The notes: generated from the letters alone by a model not told the origin. A DNA stretch of 64,000 bases from the human T2T-CHM13v2.0 reference genome, Homo sapiens (GCF_009914755.1 NC_060937.1), one strand, 5' to 3'. Counted from the stretch's first letter, positions 14,336 through 27,934 are shown. Program-made: numbers and translations.

Positions 14336-14538
14336 CAGGGGATGGCACACTACAAGAGGCAGGCCTAGACACTGCCTGTTTTTTAAATAAAGTTTTATTT
14401 GAACACAGCGATGCCAATTTTTATTTTTATTTACATATTGTTTATGACTACTTTTGTGCTAAAACAGAAGAGTTGAGTAGCCCACGGAGCTGAAAATATT
14501 TGTTATTTGTCTCTACAGAAAAAGTTTATAAACCCCAA
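14336..14538 (+). mobile_element. MER58A-like hAT-Charlie MITE
   Basis: CAGGGGATGGCACACTAC...ctgcctgttttttaaataaagttttatttgaacacagc...tacagaaaaagtttataaacccc. Confidence 0.85.
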
Positions 14539-15989
14539 ATTGGAATATCTTACGTATTCCTATTCCATAGTAGTTGGTTCACAAATGCCTCCAATTAATC
14601 CACTCATGTGTCTTGTGTTGAAATCTGTCTGATATGGACCACATAGTAGCTTCATGTGTAGGGAACATAAGATTGAATCTTGTAGCAAAGTACCCTTTTC
14701 CCTTTTTCCAAATTTTAAATGATAGCAATATGAATTTGGTATTGTAGAAACCAAACTATAAATTTAAAAATCACAATTTCTAGGCTGTCCGTGAGGACTG
14801 CGATTCTGAAGGTAAATCTTATTCCCTTTTATTAACAAAACAGCTATTCTTTGATTGACAACATCCCGCCAAGAGCTGTTGTACATATTTACCTGGAACT
14901 AATAGCTATTTCAGAAAAGAAAGAATGTTCGCGTAATTGGAACTTATCAAATCCTATAGGAATTAGAAGTCCTGCAAACATATCCATCAGTTCTAATGCA
15001 GAAAACAGTGTGGAAATAGACTTTGCCGTGGGCAGTATAATTTTGAGAAAAAGCGGCTTCTCCTGATCAATCAGTCTGCTTTCTTTGTTAGTTTCCTTTT
15101 GCTTTGGAAGTGACTTTAATGATTACATAGAGTAATTATCTTAGCCTAGATTTTCAAACATGTTTCTTCCTTCATTGCTTAACTGTTATGTTTTGATCCT
15201 TATTCTAAGGATTCTGCTTTTTTTTTTTTTTTATTGTATACTACTTCAATTTTGTTTGGGAAATTAGTTTTTGAGAAGTATAGATAAGAAACTGAAAATA
15301 TATAATTGGGTTGTCACATCAAGCATATGCATGAATCTATGTCAAGGCATTTAATTCAGTTAATTTACGTGGGATCAGTTGCTAAAACCAGACGTAGGTG
15401 TCCCTGATTAGCTGTGACATAGGGGGAAATCATGTGGCTATTCTAGTCATGGTAGAGAAGATATTTAGATTCATCCTGTAATTAGAGCTTTCAGAAGGAC
15501 CATAATTATATATTACATTACATACTTCTCCAGGCCATTGCACACAAAGGGATCTTTTTGGGAATTTAGAAATAACTGTAATAACATGAATTTTAATGAT
15601 TGACAGTTATAGGCTAAAATGTAATCATGAACCCAATGGCTTTTTTTGTAGGAAAAATTTTACTGACTTGCAAATATATTACTTGGACTAAACACTTCTT
15701 ATATGCTAAGTGAAAATATAAACATGTCTCATAAGAAAATAAACAGAAGTAAAACAAACAAAAAAAACCCAAAGCTTTTCAATTGGATGAGTAGTCCTGC
15801 TGTTACTTGTCACTTAATTTTTATAGTCTTCTCTTTGAACTTTATGAATTTATGTTCATAAGCATGAATTAAAGAAATGATTATTTTCTTTTACCCTTTC
15901 TTCAGGTAGTATACAAGATATAACTTAATGATTATATTGTAATGAAAAGAAATGGAGCTGGGACACAAATATGCAACATACTGCAATCA

Positions 15990-16359
<370 letters not shown>

Positions 16360-17065
16360 AAATGCACTGCTTATATGCAAAGAAACAAACACTGAATACA
16401 CATGATCTGTAATTCATGACCAGTTCCAGATATTTATCTAGAAGCACTAGTCTGTACTCAGATGTACGGACATCAAAAATAAGGCTATAATATCTCCTTA
16501 CTATATTTAATTTAAAATTATCAATGGTGTTTATTGAAAAGGCTGCCCCACACAGATTTAATGAAAGGTCTGTTTCACCATCAGAAAGACCAACTCCTTT
16601 CATACTGTCTTAGAAGTTTGATTCCTAATTTATCATATTGTTTATTGAGTGTCTAAAGGAGGACATAAATCTCCCATCACAGGTCTCAGCCGAGACAGAA
16701 TCCTCTCTGACTATTTATATTTCCCCTTCCAGATTGGAGAGATGTCTTGTTTTCAGAACTTAATTTAAGAACCGAATGAAAGCATTTTTCTGATAAACAT
16801 ATTCTCCTTCTCACAGGCTTAAAATGCTGTGAGTAGCATTAACTTTTATCTTCATATAACACCAAAAATTGATATGATAGAAACTATGAAAAAACTAAAA
16901 AAAAAATCAGTAATTGATATATTTATGGAGGAAGCAATTTTAAACTACATGAAAAAGGCTTAGACGACTCTGGCCACTACTCCAGAGCTGGTATTTATTT
17001 TATAAGCATGAAAGTCCTGATATTGAGTCACACCTACAAAAGAAAAGAAAAGCCACCTCCCAGCC

Positions 17066-17378
17066 TTTTTTTTTTTTTTTTTTTTTTTTGAGATGGAGTC
17101 TCACATTGTCGCCCAGGCTGGATTGTCTCACACTGGTGTGATCTTGGCTGACTGCAACCTCCGCCTCCCGGGTTCAAGCGGTTCTCCTGCCTCAGTCTCC
17201 CGAGTAGCTGGGACTACAGGCGCATGCCACCATACCCAGCTACTTTTTGTATTTTTAGTAGAGATGGGGTTTGGCTAGGTGTTTCGCGAAGTTGGCCAGG
17301 CTAGTGTCAAACTCCTGATCCACCCGCGTTGGCCTCCCAAAGTGCTGGAATTACAGGCGTGAACCACTGCACCCGGCC
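17066..17378 (-). mobile_element. Alu, AluS-type, with internal micro-rearrangements
   Basis: T24 tail, then gagatggagtctcac...ctcccaaagtgctggaattacaggcgtgaaccactgcacccggcc. Confidence 0.95.
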
Positions 17379-18814
17379 AAGAATGTTCTCTTCAATGAGC
17401 ATCTTTCAGTTTGATTCTTTTACTCCTATGGCAGTGAACATAGATAGTGGCACTACTCTCTCTAATTTGATTATTGTTCATGGTGAGAACTGTAAACGCA
17501 GGTAGATGTAAGAATGCCTCTGTAAACCGTATAGCCAGGCCATAATATTTCCACTTAATTGGAAGTGTCTTCACATAAATGCAGTTGCCAACTTTTGTTT
17601 TAGTCAAATTTTATAATTATTTTTGCAGTTTGAAAAATATTATCAACAAATAAAGGAGAAATCATAGTATGCAAAATATAATTTATAAATATCTGAATAT
17701 ATTTTAAAATGAAAATATTGTAACCTTATATAACTATGAAAAAGTCATGATTTTTAAATGAAAAAGAGTGATTCCATTAAAACACAATAATAGTAATAAC
17801 AACATTTCAACATATATGTCAATTTCATATAGGGATATTTATTGGGTATAGAGAAAAGGAAGTATTAGACTGGTTTCTTGTTCTTGAAGAAACTAAAAAT
17901 ATGATTACTTTTTGCAATGGAACACTTAATAGAATTAAACCATAAAATATTTTCAACTTAAAGGTTTAGTAATAATTACTATACTAGCAATACAGAAAAC
18001 AAGGGAAAGTTGCAGAAGAAAATTTATCTCAAAATGATATTCTTCCCATCATTAGGCAGTGATGCTTGGACTTTTAGGGTGGCAAGGCCTATGTAATATA
18101 ACTGTAAGAAATAATGTTCTTACCACTCCCCTTTATAGCTAATAATAAGAATGTAAAGCATATGTATGTATGTATACTTAAATCAATGTGTATCTTATGT
18201 AAGGTTATTGTAAGAGTTCTCCTTATTTTCAAGTCTTAAGGCACAGCTTTTTGTTATTTAAGCTCTAGTCTTCATATTTCAACAAATTATGTTGTTCGCC
18301 TCTACATGACTAAAAATAATGAGCAGCAACAGATATTGAACTTTATATAACATTTATTAATATAAACCAAGATCATGAATGAAAGCAATAACTACTGCAG
18401 TGTCACTAATGAGGGAATATTTTTAAATGTTATGGATTTAATAGCACACAGACCTTGGCTGGCACAATTTAAAATGATGAATGCAATTTAAAGACTAATA
18501 TTTTACATTTATGATCAGTAAATTATCAGGAGTCATGTCATAGAGAGTCTAGTCATTAATATAATTTTAAAAATTTGGCCCTAACACAACATGGTTAACA
18601 CTTTACACCAAAAATAGTTTTTTTAATTTGATATAGTTATCCTTCATTCACAATATGTGAACGTAAGGTTATATTTCTGTTCAAAAAAGGCTTATCAGTA
18701 TGAATATATTAATTTATTTCATTATAATTAATTATGCACAAATATACATGAGTATATTTTCTCTAGAGTGAGGAAATAATAACAGTTATCACCTGAAAAA
18801 GTTATATACAAACA

Positions 18815-19048
18815 TATATTTTGAGAGAGACCACATTCACATCACTTTTATTACAGCATATTGTTATAATCTTTTTTTATCATTAGCTATTGTTGTTAAT
18901 CTCTTTTTGTGCCTAATTTATAAAATAATTTTATCATGGGTATGTCTAAGGAAAAAACGTAATAGATATAGGGTTTGGTTATCCACTGTTTCAGGCATTC
19001 ACTGGGGGTCTTGGAACATATTCCCCCACTGATACCGAGAGACTATCA
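18815..19048 (+). mobile_element. MER44/Tigger7-family (TcMar-Tigger) fragment
   Basis: gagagagaccacattcacatcactttta...tttcaggcattcactgggggtcttggaacatattccccc matches the MER44 right end. Confidence 0.85.
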
Positions 19049-21239
19049 CGCTGAAATCAGGTTCTTTGATTGATATTAGAAATAACACAGCAAACCTCTC
19101 TCTTCACTTCTTTCATCTTCTGTGCATTGAAGGGAGCAGACCAAATAATCTCTAAGTTTCTTTCAGTTGTAGTATTCTACAATTCCAGCTAATGTGTTCC
19201 CTGCTAATCTGTGGCTATTTCCTGCCAATTCCCCTCTCATTCTGCCGCCACTCTCCATTGTAACTGTCTTCCTCTAACGATGATCAGTTTCAAAATTAAC
19301 CTCATTTTTCTTCGTTTTATTTTGTAAATTGTTTCTTATAGTCAGATTTCACCATGACTGTCATTTTGCTTACGATGTTTTACATATTCACTAGTACATT
19401 GTATTTATTATATTATGGTAAACTGATTCTAGTTGAGCTGCTCGTGGGATAGAGACTTGTGCATCTAATCTAGCAAGGAGTGAGGAATTCTCAAATGAGC
19501 TCTGCACAGCATACAGACACTAATACCAAGAAATACAAACAAACAGAAAAAGACGCATTTTCCTGAATCAAATAAAGTGTCAGTGTGCAAAACAGAAAAA
19601 TAGAATCGATAGAATAAGATTAAAAACAGAACCTATCAACAGAGATAATGAAAGCAGAATCTGACTAAAATGCCAAATGTGAAAATGTCCTATCTTTAGA
19701 ACTTTTGTCAGCTCTGCCTATTCAAAAATAAAAGCTTGGAACAATGTATGATACATGCATATATAGCATAATAGGTTAACATATAAATACACATACCTAC
19801 ATTATATATATATATTCCATCCTGGCTATTATTACATTAATATTATTAGTTAATATTATATATTAATAAAATCGGCACTGATATTATTATATGGTATATA
19901 CATATAATCTATGCTGGCTAATAAAAGTAGATACTAATTTTTACAAACATTACAAAAATTATGCAGAGAAGGACTTTGAAAGACACTTACAGAGCTATTA
20001 ACAGATTTTTAAAAAACTTCTGAACAATGACTTCTTTAGAAGCAAACATAGCTACAATAAAATGGAAAGAAAAACAGGTATCTAATATAATAGCATTTTG
20101 GCCTATAAGGCCCCAATTATATCAATAAATTCATAAAATCAAGCCAAATAAAACTGATGTGATAGTAGAAATAGCAAATACATTTTCAGATAATAATCTT
20201 TCCATCACTGTAGAATATCAGCTGAGGTTAGTTACGCCAGTTTTTCTAGATTTACCAAGATCTCATATGGGGTTACCATGACTTTACCTCTTCAACATAT
20301 TGCTGCTAGTTTTTAGGCCATCGTCTTCCCTAGATATTGTTGGAGTTTGTATTAACTCTTTTAAGTTTTATCCAGCAAAATGGTGCACCTTATATTCTAT
20401 TTCCATGAACTTCTAATTAATATCCAGGGAACAGTTTAGGAACTGAGAACATCTTGTTTAACCCACTCAAGTCACACTTAAGAAAACCTTGAAGGTTTTC
20501 ACCTTGTTTGGATGCTACATAAGAATGCAATTCAGATTCAAAAAGTGTGTTCTGAAATCTTACTTGGAACACTTTCACTTTGTAAAAAGAATCTTTCATT
20601 GTATATGAGGATAATCTATCTACCAAGTGTACTGGATGGATTCCCAATGAACTTTCCTCATGTCTGACTTGTTCCTGGGTCTTCTACCTCTTTTTTCCTA
20701 ATGGTTGTTTTTCTTTTTTTTTTTTTTTTTTTCTTTTCTTATTTTTTTCTCTCTTGTAAGCACATGGACATACTAATAAATATGTTTATACTAAATATTC
20801 AAGCAAACCCCTTTAAATCCTGAGTTTGTTCTGGCTACAGCTGTTTTCCCTCCGTCCATCTCTACTAATCTTTTAAAAAGATTTTCCCGTAGCCACTTTA
20901 TTTGCTTTCTACTTCCCAGTGTTTCACTTTTTTTTCATGTCATGGCACACAGAGAAGATGATAAATGGCCAAGCCTATCAGCAGCTATGGGGATGGTTCC
21001 AGAGGATCCAGCTGCCCCAGGACCCTCTGGTTATTCCAGAGTGCCGAGAGAATCAATAACATGGTGTTCCTGGAATCTGCCAGGGCTTGCTGCTGAGCTC
21101 GGCTCAATTCAGCTCTTACCAACCTACATTTTGCCTGCATCACAAACTTGACTTGTTTCCGCTCAAGGTCACTTAAGACTTATTTGCTGTTAAACATAAC
21201 ATACCCTTTCACTGTCCTTATTTTATGTAAAATAAGCAT

Positions 21240-21350
21240 TTTAATTTAAAGCAACATTTGTCACTGTCGGCCACTTCTTCCTGCAAAGTCTTGTGTCTCT
21301 TTCTGAGATCCCAGTTTTTACTTATTTTTCTGCCTGTGTTGAACACATTC
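21240..21350 (+). mobile_element. LINE L2 fragment (left part, interrupted by ERVL)
   Basis: gcaacatttgtcactgtcggccacttcttcct resembles the L2 ORF2 motif gcagcatttgacacagttgaccactccctcct. Confidence 0.5.
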
Positions 21351-21389
21351 TGTGCATTACCTTACATTGTCTTGGCTCACTTTTATCCC

Positions 21390-22381
21390 AGCAATTGCTG
21401 TAATAATCAGCTCTAGCCTCATGCCATGCGACTCAGAAGGTCTATGGTGCTAGAGGACTTTATAGTGAGAAAAAACATTCTGTGCGCACATCTGGTAGGC
21501 CCCAGTTGTACAGAGTTTAGTACAGATCCCTAGGTTCTGAAGCAGGGCATGCTTTCTGCTGCAGAGAACTGCTCATGTGTTGAGAAGTAGTTCTTGGCAG
21601 GCCCCTGGGATTAGTAAGACTGAGTGTCTCACCATGAGAAACTAAGTGACTGTGAGATCAGAGGCAACATCATGAGCTGGATGTTATCAGGTCCAACAAC
21701 TCATAAGTTTGGCCTACTCCAGTAGCAATCAATTATACTACGGTGGAGATGATTCATTTAGAAATGAGACTGAACAGGTCTGGGGGGCATAAGTACGTTT
21801 TGCAAGCATGTGGCATGGCCCAGATTCCTATAGCAGCTATACTCTCCTACTGATGATTCTCTCTCAACTTGCACCTGTGGCTTCTTGGTGGGAGTCCTTC
21901 TGAATATCGGATAGAGAAGGAAACCATCAGTCTGATTCACAGATGAGTTATTCCTGATATCTTGGTCCTGTTGTAACATTATAATCCAACTCGGAGGTGA
22001 CCCTGAAAGATAGTAGTGAAGGGAAATTCTCCTAGTGGGCAGAGCTGCAAGCTTGTATGGAAGTAGATATGATTTGAGGTACAGATGCACAGTCTCCTGC
22101 ACAGGAAAGAATGGCTTAGCCAGTTGATCCAGGGACAGGAGGAAGCAATATTGAAAGACTGGAAATAAGGAAGTCTTAGAAAAAAGCATGTGGGTGGACA
22201 ATGAGAATGGACCCAAAGTGTAGGGATGCTTATATTTTGTGTTAAGATCTATCAGAGACTGCTCTCCACAGAGGACCATTCACAAACCCGATAGCCAGGT
22301 AGGCTCATGCTGTGAATGTCAGCCTGCTTCTTCCTATTGAGACTGAATGCTTCTGCAATGGGTCCATGAGCAGTGTGGGTA
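21390..22381 (+). mobile_element. Decayed ERVL internal region (pol: RNase H/tether to start of integrase), ERV3-16A3-like
   Basis: Degenerate translation near 21526-21665 (RSLG...LSAAENCSCVEK*FLAGPW...TECLTMRN*VTVRSE) parallels ERVL pol RPLGFWSKAMPS.AENYSPFEKQLLACYWALVETERLTMGHQVTMRPE; many stops and frameshifts. Confidence 0.8.
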
Positions 22382-23083
22382 TGTATGCTTGTTATCTAGC
22401 TATTGCTTCCCAGCTCTAAATTCAACCTTTTTTGCCTACTTTGTGACTATAGATATGGTTCCTTTAAATAGTTTTCCTTTACCAGGTGGCACAATGTTAT
22501 AAGCTTTGTTAGTGGAGTGGAGTGGGTGGGAGAGACATTGCAGGGGGAATCACTGTTCCTTCTTGGTTCCATTGTACTTGCTTGGCAGACTCCTATAGCT
22601 TGCTGGTCTCTCCAGCTCTGGTCCCAGCAGTGCAGGGCTGCCAACAGCACCCAGCAGCCAGCAGCTTCCCCCACTCTGGTGGTTTTATAGCCCAGTGCCT
22701 AGGGGGTACCTTTGTCCATGAACAACTTTCCCCAGAACCCTAGGGAACAGATTCCCAGCAAGTTTCAGGGAGCAGATTTCCAGCAAGTTCTCCTAGTACG
22801 ATACCATAGTGACTTTACTGCCATCCAGTGAGACACATGCATATCCTCTCCAAGGTTTGATCTCAGCCCTGAGGTTGGGAAGCCTCTTCTTGGTTCTCTA
22901 TCTCACCCCTAGGAGTAGTGTCTAGTCCTTTTGTTTGCTATTCCTGTATTCTTTAGGATTCTCTTGATTTCTTACTAGCCCATCCCTCCTTATCTAAATA
23001 TCCATGTATTATTTTTATATTAAACTTTCCCTGTTTAAACTATAGTATGATTTTTGTTCCCTGATTGGATTTAGCCTAATACA
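22382..23083 (+). mobile_element. ERVL solo LTR, LTR41-like, nested in the ERVL integrase
   Basis: tattgcttcccagctctaaattcaaccttt start; repeated ccagcaagtt motifs; attaaactttccctgtttaaa...CTAATACA end. Confidence 0.75.
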
Positions 23084-23623
23084 CCATGGTAGCAGGGAAA
23101 GAAGACATGCATGGGCCCAACTAAATGGGCTCTTTCTTACTAATGTCCATCAGTGCTACCGGCACTGCTGAGTGGCTAACTTACAGCACCAAAAGTTAAA
23201 GCTGGGATCACATTGTGGTTCTATCCTTGAGGATTCCAGGCAGCCATTTGGTGACAAGTTGATTGCCATTAGACTCCATGAAGTACACCTATTTTCCTGC
23301 CCAATGACAACTATAAATGAGCAATTGCGGCAATCGCAATGCAACCAGAGTTAAACAGCTTTGAGCTCCATCTCCTCATGGATGAAATCAGCCCTTCTGC
23401 AAGTGAGCAAGATAAACCCACTTCAGTGCTGACCGAGGATGAGGGAAATCTAGAATGGGTGGTAGAAGAAAGATATGGTAATATTAACAAAGGCAAAAGG
23501 TGACATTAGCTGGGAGTGTAGGTTGTTCTACTTACCCTTGTATATTGAGTATTTTTTAGCAACTGCAGACAGCTGCTAAATCAAAGTGTGTTTGATGGAT
23601 GGGGCATGAGCAAGGAATAGATC
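23084..23623 (+). mobile_element. Decayed ERVL internal region (integrase remnant to 3' end)
   Basis: ccatggtagcaggg...gcatgggcccaa...gcactgctgagtgg...ggcagccatttggtgacaagttgatt parallels ERVL IN HGGRDG.YAWAQ...TAECP.CQ...PATWWQVDYIGPL. Confidence 0.75.
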
Positions 23624-24141
23624 ATATGAAACCTTTTTGTGCCCCACCTCTTATTTTCTTGGCCCTTCTTTTTTACTCCAGCTATGACTGTGCACCTACC
23701 TGCTCATACTGCTAAACTGGAAGCATCTTCCCTCATATATATGTGTATATCTCAGGGCTTCCTTCCTACTACCACATGAACCAACTTCCCTCTTACCACC
23801 AAATCTAAAAGTGCAAGAGAGTTAACAATCAAAGGTCACATGTTAACCACTAGGAACAGAAGGCTGTGAATGGGTAAATGCCCACTCTTTCTGTCTCAAG
23901 GCATGGACAACTTTGAGGAGCATTCTGCATGGTTCCTTAGAGATCTCTAGTAGGACCGACTCCCCATTGCCCATAACAGTGGTGAGCTCAACAAGACACC
24001 TTGGACTGACTTTCTCCCATTCCTTGTTCTACAGTCCCTAGTTCCCCATCCCTATTATTTGGAATCACTTAACAAAATAAACTATCTGCTCCAAGGCATT
24101 ATCTCAGGCTCTGGTTAGAGGGGGGAAGCTAGGCTAAGACA
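23624..24141 (+). mobile_element. ERVL 3' LTR, LTR16-like
   Basis: aaataaactatctgctccaaggcattatctcaggctctgg...aggCTAAGACA is a typical LTR16 3' end and directly follows the ERVL internal region. Confidence 0.8.
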
Positions 24142-24860
24142 GATCTTTCTTGCATTTTTATTCTGAGCTTTTTACATGCACTCCTCTTTTGTTGGCTGTC
24201 CTTTAAGGGCTGATACGTCACAGGGCTCCAGTGTTGGCCAACTTCTTCTCCAGTCACTTTCCTGTTTCATCTCACATGCTCTCCTACTTTAACCATGATC
24301 TAATCACTGAAAACTCCCAGTCTGCTCCTCCCATCCACTTCACTCTTCTGACCTGTACAACTACATCTCACACTCTAGCAGACCTTTTGCTGTAAATGTT
24401 TTAATGCAGTTTAAATGTCACATTAAAAACTGAGCTCACATTTGCTATCCCTGTCCCTCAACTGCTCTGCTTGTGTTTCCTATTTATTGAATGGCATCAT
24501 CGTGCTCTGGGTCATACAAGTTATAAAGCTGTAAATGAATCTTGGTAGCTCCCTTTCTATGACCCATCAGGTGAGCAATAAGCAAGACATGCTTATTTTT
24601 ACCTTTTAATGCCCTCAGTTTTCTCTCTACTTTCTACTGCAGTAGCCTCTGGTTTACTATCAGCTCTTGCCTCTCAAATTCTGTATTAATCCTCAGGAAG
24701 GGAGGTCACAAAAGTGGATAGAGTCAGTGAATGTGACAGAGGTAGCACAAGGAAACTAGTTGTCTGTTGGCTCCTTCCATGCATCAGGTAACTGTACTGA
24801 ACCTAGCATGCTATCTAGCACATACTCAACACTCAACAGACATTTTTCAAGGAACTAAAT
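24142..24860 (+). mobile_element. LINE L2 fragments to the 3' end
   Basis: cagggctccagtgttggccaacttcttctc; aaaaactgagctcac; cctagcatgctatctagcacata...ctcaacagacattttt. Confidence 0.65.
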
Positions 24861-26885
24861 ACATCTTTGACTCCTGGGGCAGATGCTTAGTCCATGAGAG
24901 ACTGTGATTTACATGAGTGAGAAAAAGAGGAAGAAAGGATTTTACTAAAATATTTTAGGCTAGTCTTTTATACACCTTCAAAATATTGTCCTAAAAATAT
25001 AAAGAAACTTCATTTGTCAAGACTTTACCAATAACACGGTGTTTAGCATGCTTTTATTCTAAATGTTGGTTCATTGAACCTGAAGAGCCTTTCATGCCCA
25101 TAAGAATATTAGAATGCAATTGGCTAATGTTTATGATGGCATGTCATATATCTCTCATGGATACAATAGTTCTGGATGTTTCTAGGGATGGTAGGTACAA
25201 ACATAATGTTTTAGCACACTTTCTTTAGCGACAACATCATAGAATACAGGGAGAATACAGAATTGGGGAAGGAGCAACGTATGACTCAATAGTTCTGAAC
25301 CACAACCTGGAAATGTCTGTTGCCATCCTTCCCAACTTTTTCATCTGTTTTTAAAATCTTGTATACCTCTTTAAATGCTTTTTTGGAACAGTGTAGGAAG
25401 AGGAACACTTTTCTTCTTTATTTAAAAAATAATTACTGTGTTAGAAAACTACTTATCATGTAGGAAATAATAAGCAATTTATGGTCACAAGTCTAATGGA
25501 AAAATAATTTCTGTTAAGAAATCTTTAGTTCATATATCATTGATTAGCTTAGTAAGACAGGAATTACAGTTACCCAGATGTTGAGTTATTCTCAAGTAAC
25601 CTTGGCTCTAGTTGAAATAATCTATTTTCCAAGTGTGCACATACCTATGTTTGCAGCAGTTGATTGCCTTATAAGTCAGTCTCTTTTGTTGAAGTTGTTG
25701 TTGGCATCTTTATTGACATACATAAAGACAAACTCTAAAATATTATAGGATAATCCTGACTTGGAGATTTTCTAAAGGAATGATTTGATGTCAATGTAAT
25801 AATGCAGTACAATTTTTACTATAAGTATTGATGGTATTTTTTTTTTTACCATCATAGTTCCAAATGAAACTCCTTCCTGAAAATATTGTATTATTTCTCT
25901 AAAACTTCCTGAATCAACTGGAATATAGTTATTGGACCTAGCATATTAAACTCCTTATTTTGGTTCTGGATAGAAGCCAGACAATAATAATTGTGTCTAT
26001 GAATTGCCTGGAAGCAGGTGACTCCTCCATCTGGACTACGTCCTCTACTTCGCTGAGCAGGATTCTGCTAAAATGCTGTGTTCCTGGCCCCTAGGCAAAG
26101 AATACTGGGGAGAGTGAGCAGCCTTGTAGATCCTGGTAATAACTTTCTTTTCCCTTTGGGAGTTAGAGTCCGTTTGCATTTTGTGAAGATTTTAAAGTAA
26201 AGGCCCAAGATTTGGAAATTGAAATGTGGCTGTTGTCCCAGACATTCAGGCTTTGTTTGCTGTTGAATGTTTCAGGATACTAGAGGTTGTTTCTGGTTGC
26301 AATCCATAGAAGTTTTCATAGTTATAGCTTCTTAAAAGATTGTTGGGAAGCCTGTTAAGTCTACCAGTGTGGATTGCAAATGAGCAAGCATTGTTATCCA
26401 TCTGGGGCCCCTTTTTTGATCCAGTCTAACTCAGCAGTCCCAGCAAATAAACCGAAGTGAGAGACCTCCAAGTTGCCCTGAAACAATCTATCCATCTTTT
26501 TCTTTCCATGTTTGGCTTAATGGGCCATTTCCTAAAATCTTCTGCCCTTTCTCTTCTCTGATCAAAGAACATTACAATCTTGGTCTCATCTCTCTCTGTG
26601 GCTTATATGCTTTTTTTCCCTTTCTGTTATTTCTTAATCCAATTGGTTGAAATCACCCAAAATTCACTAGCAGGGCAGTCACTGGTTGCCTTGTAGCCAT
26701 TACTTGACAAGGCTGTAATTAGTTGGTCCATTTTACACCTGCTTTCCCAGCTGGGCACTGCATTTTGCTTTACAGTGATTTGTATCAGAACTGAAAGGGC
26801 ACCACTTGGAGAGTGAGCTCACAGTGCCCAGTGACAATGTAAAATTGTACAGAATCTACATTGTGGAGAACTTCCAGCAAGAAGG

Positions 26886-26921
26886 ATTCATTCATTCATT
26901 CATTCATTCATTTTTTTTTTT
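26886..26921. repeat. (ATTC)n microsatellite plus poly-T
   Basis: About 6 ATTC units followed by T11. Confidence 0.9.
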
Positions 26922-27934
26922 CCTGCAAGTGTATCTTTCTCCTACCATTGAACTCTTGATAGTTTTCAGTAGACAACTTTTATCAGAGAAACCAGAATTA
27001 AACCCTCCTGTGTCGAGTCTTTATTTAATATTTCATTTGGCTTTGGAGAGATGTATCAGGTAGTGCTAGTTTTCACAGTAATCATAGTCACAAGTGAAGC
27101 TTTTTAACCCATGAAAATACGCCTTTCAAATAATTCAGAGAATGTGCTTGATAATGCCACTTGCATATGTTAATTCTCATGCTAAATTAAACACTTTTAA
27201 ATGGAGAATGCATAGGTAGTTTCCATTCAATGCCTGATGTTTCTGTTACTGCTCACACAGTACTGGCCATAAAGGAATGTTGTGCCAATGCAGCGTGCTT
27301 CAAGTTATTCCCTCTCTGAAATCCACTTTATTGCAAGCATTCTCTTTCTTTTTCTAATAATGTTTATTGTAGGCTGATTTACTGAGATTATTTGATGATA
27401 AATTGATAGTTGCCTGTAAATGATCCAGAAGACTCTTAGGAATTAGGGTAAGCTCCAACAAGTATTCTAGAAAGCCCATTGGTGCCGTGATTGCCATCCC
27501 AGTGGGCCATCCCTTGAGCCAGTAATGGATGAATATTTTAGATGACCATTGTGTAGCAATTAGTTTCTCCTCTTCAATTAATTCTTTTAACAAAACCACC
27601 ATTAGTGGACCTCTGCAGCGTGTTAATCCAAGAGCCTTAATGACGGACTTAATAATGTCAAAAAGCTCCTCTCAGTTTCTTTCTATTTAGAAGATAAAAA
27701 CACACATTTGCCCTAGGTTGTTCTTTTAAAGAATTAAGACACAAAAATCATGACTACAATTTTTAATATTTTTCCCCTTTGGAATTCAATCTGAAGAGAG
27801 GCCAAATTTCTGTCTTTGTCTCCTGTTCTCCTTCTCCGTCTTGCTCTATCTTTCTCTATTTCATCAGAAATGAAAAATATTTTCATCACTTTTACAATAC
27901 CAGTTATTTCCTAATAAGCACCATCTTTTTTTTT

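Noticed and set aside
21758-22279. Longest ORF (173 aa, minus strand)
   Set aside because: It is antisense to a decayed ERVL pol remnant and shows no recognisable domain.
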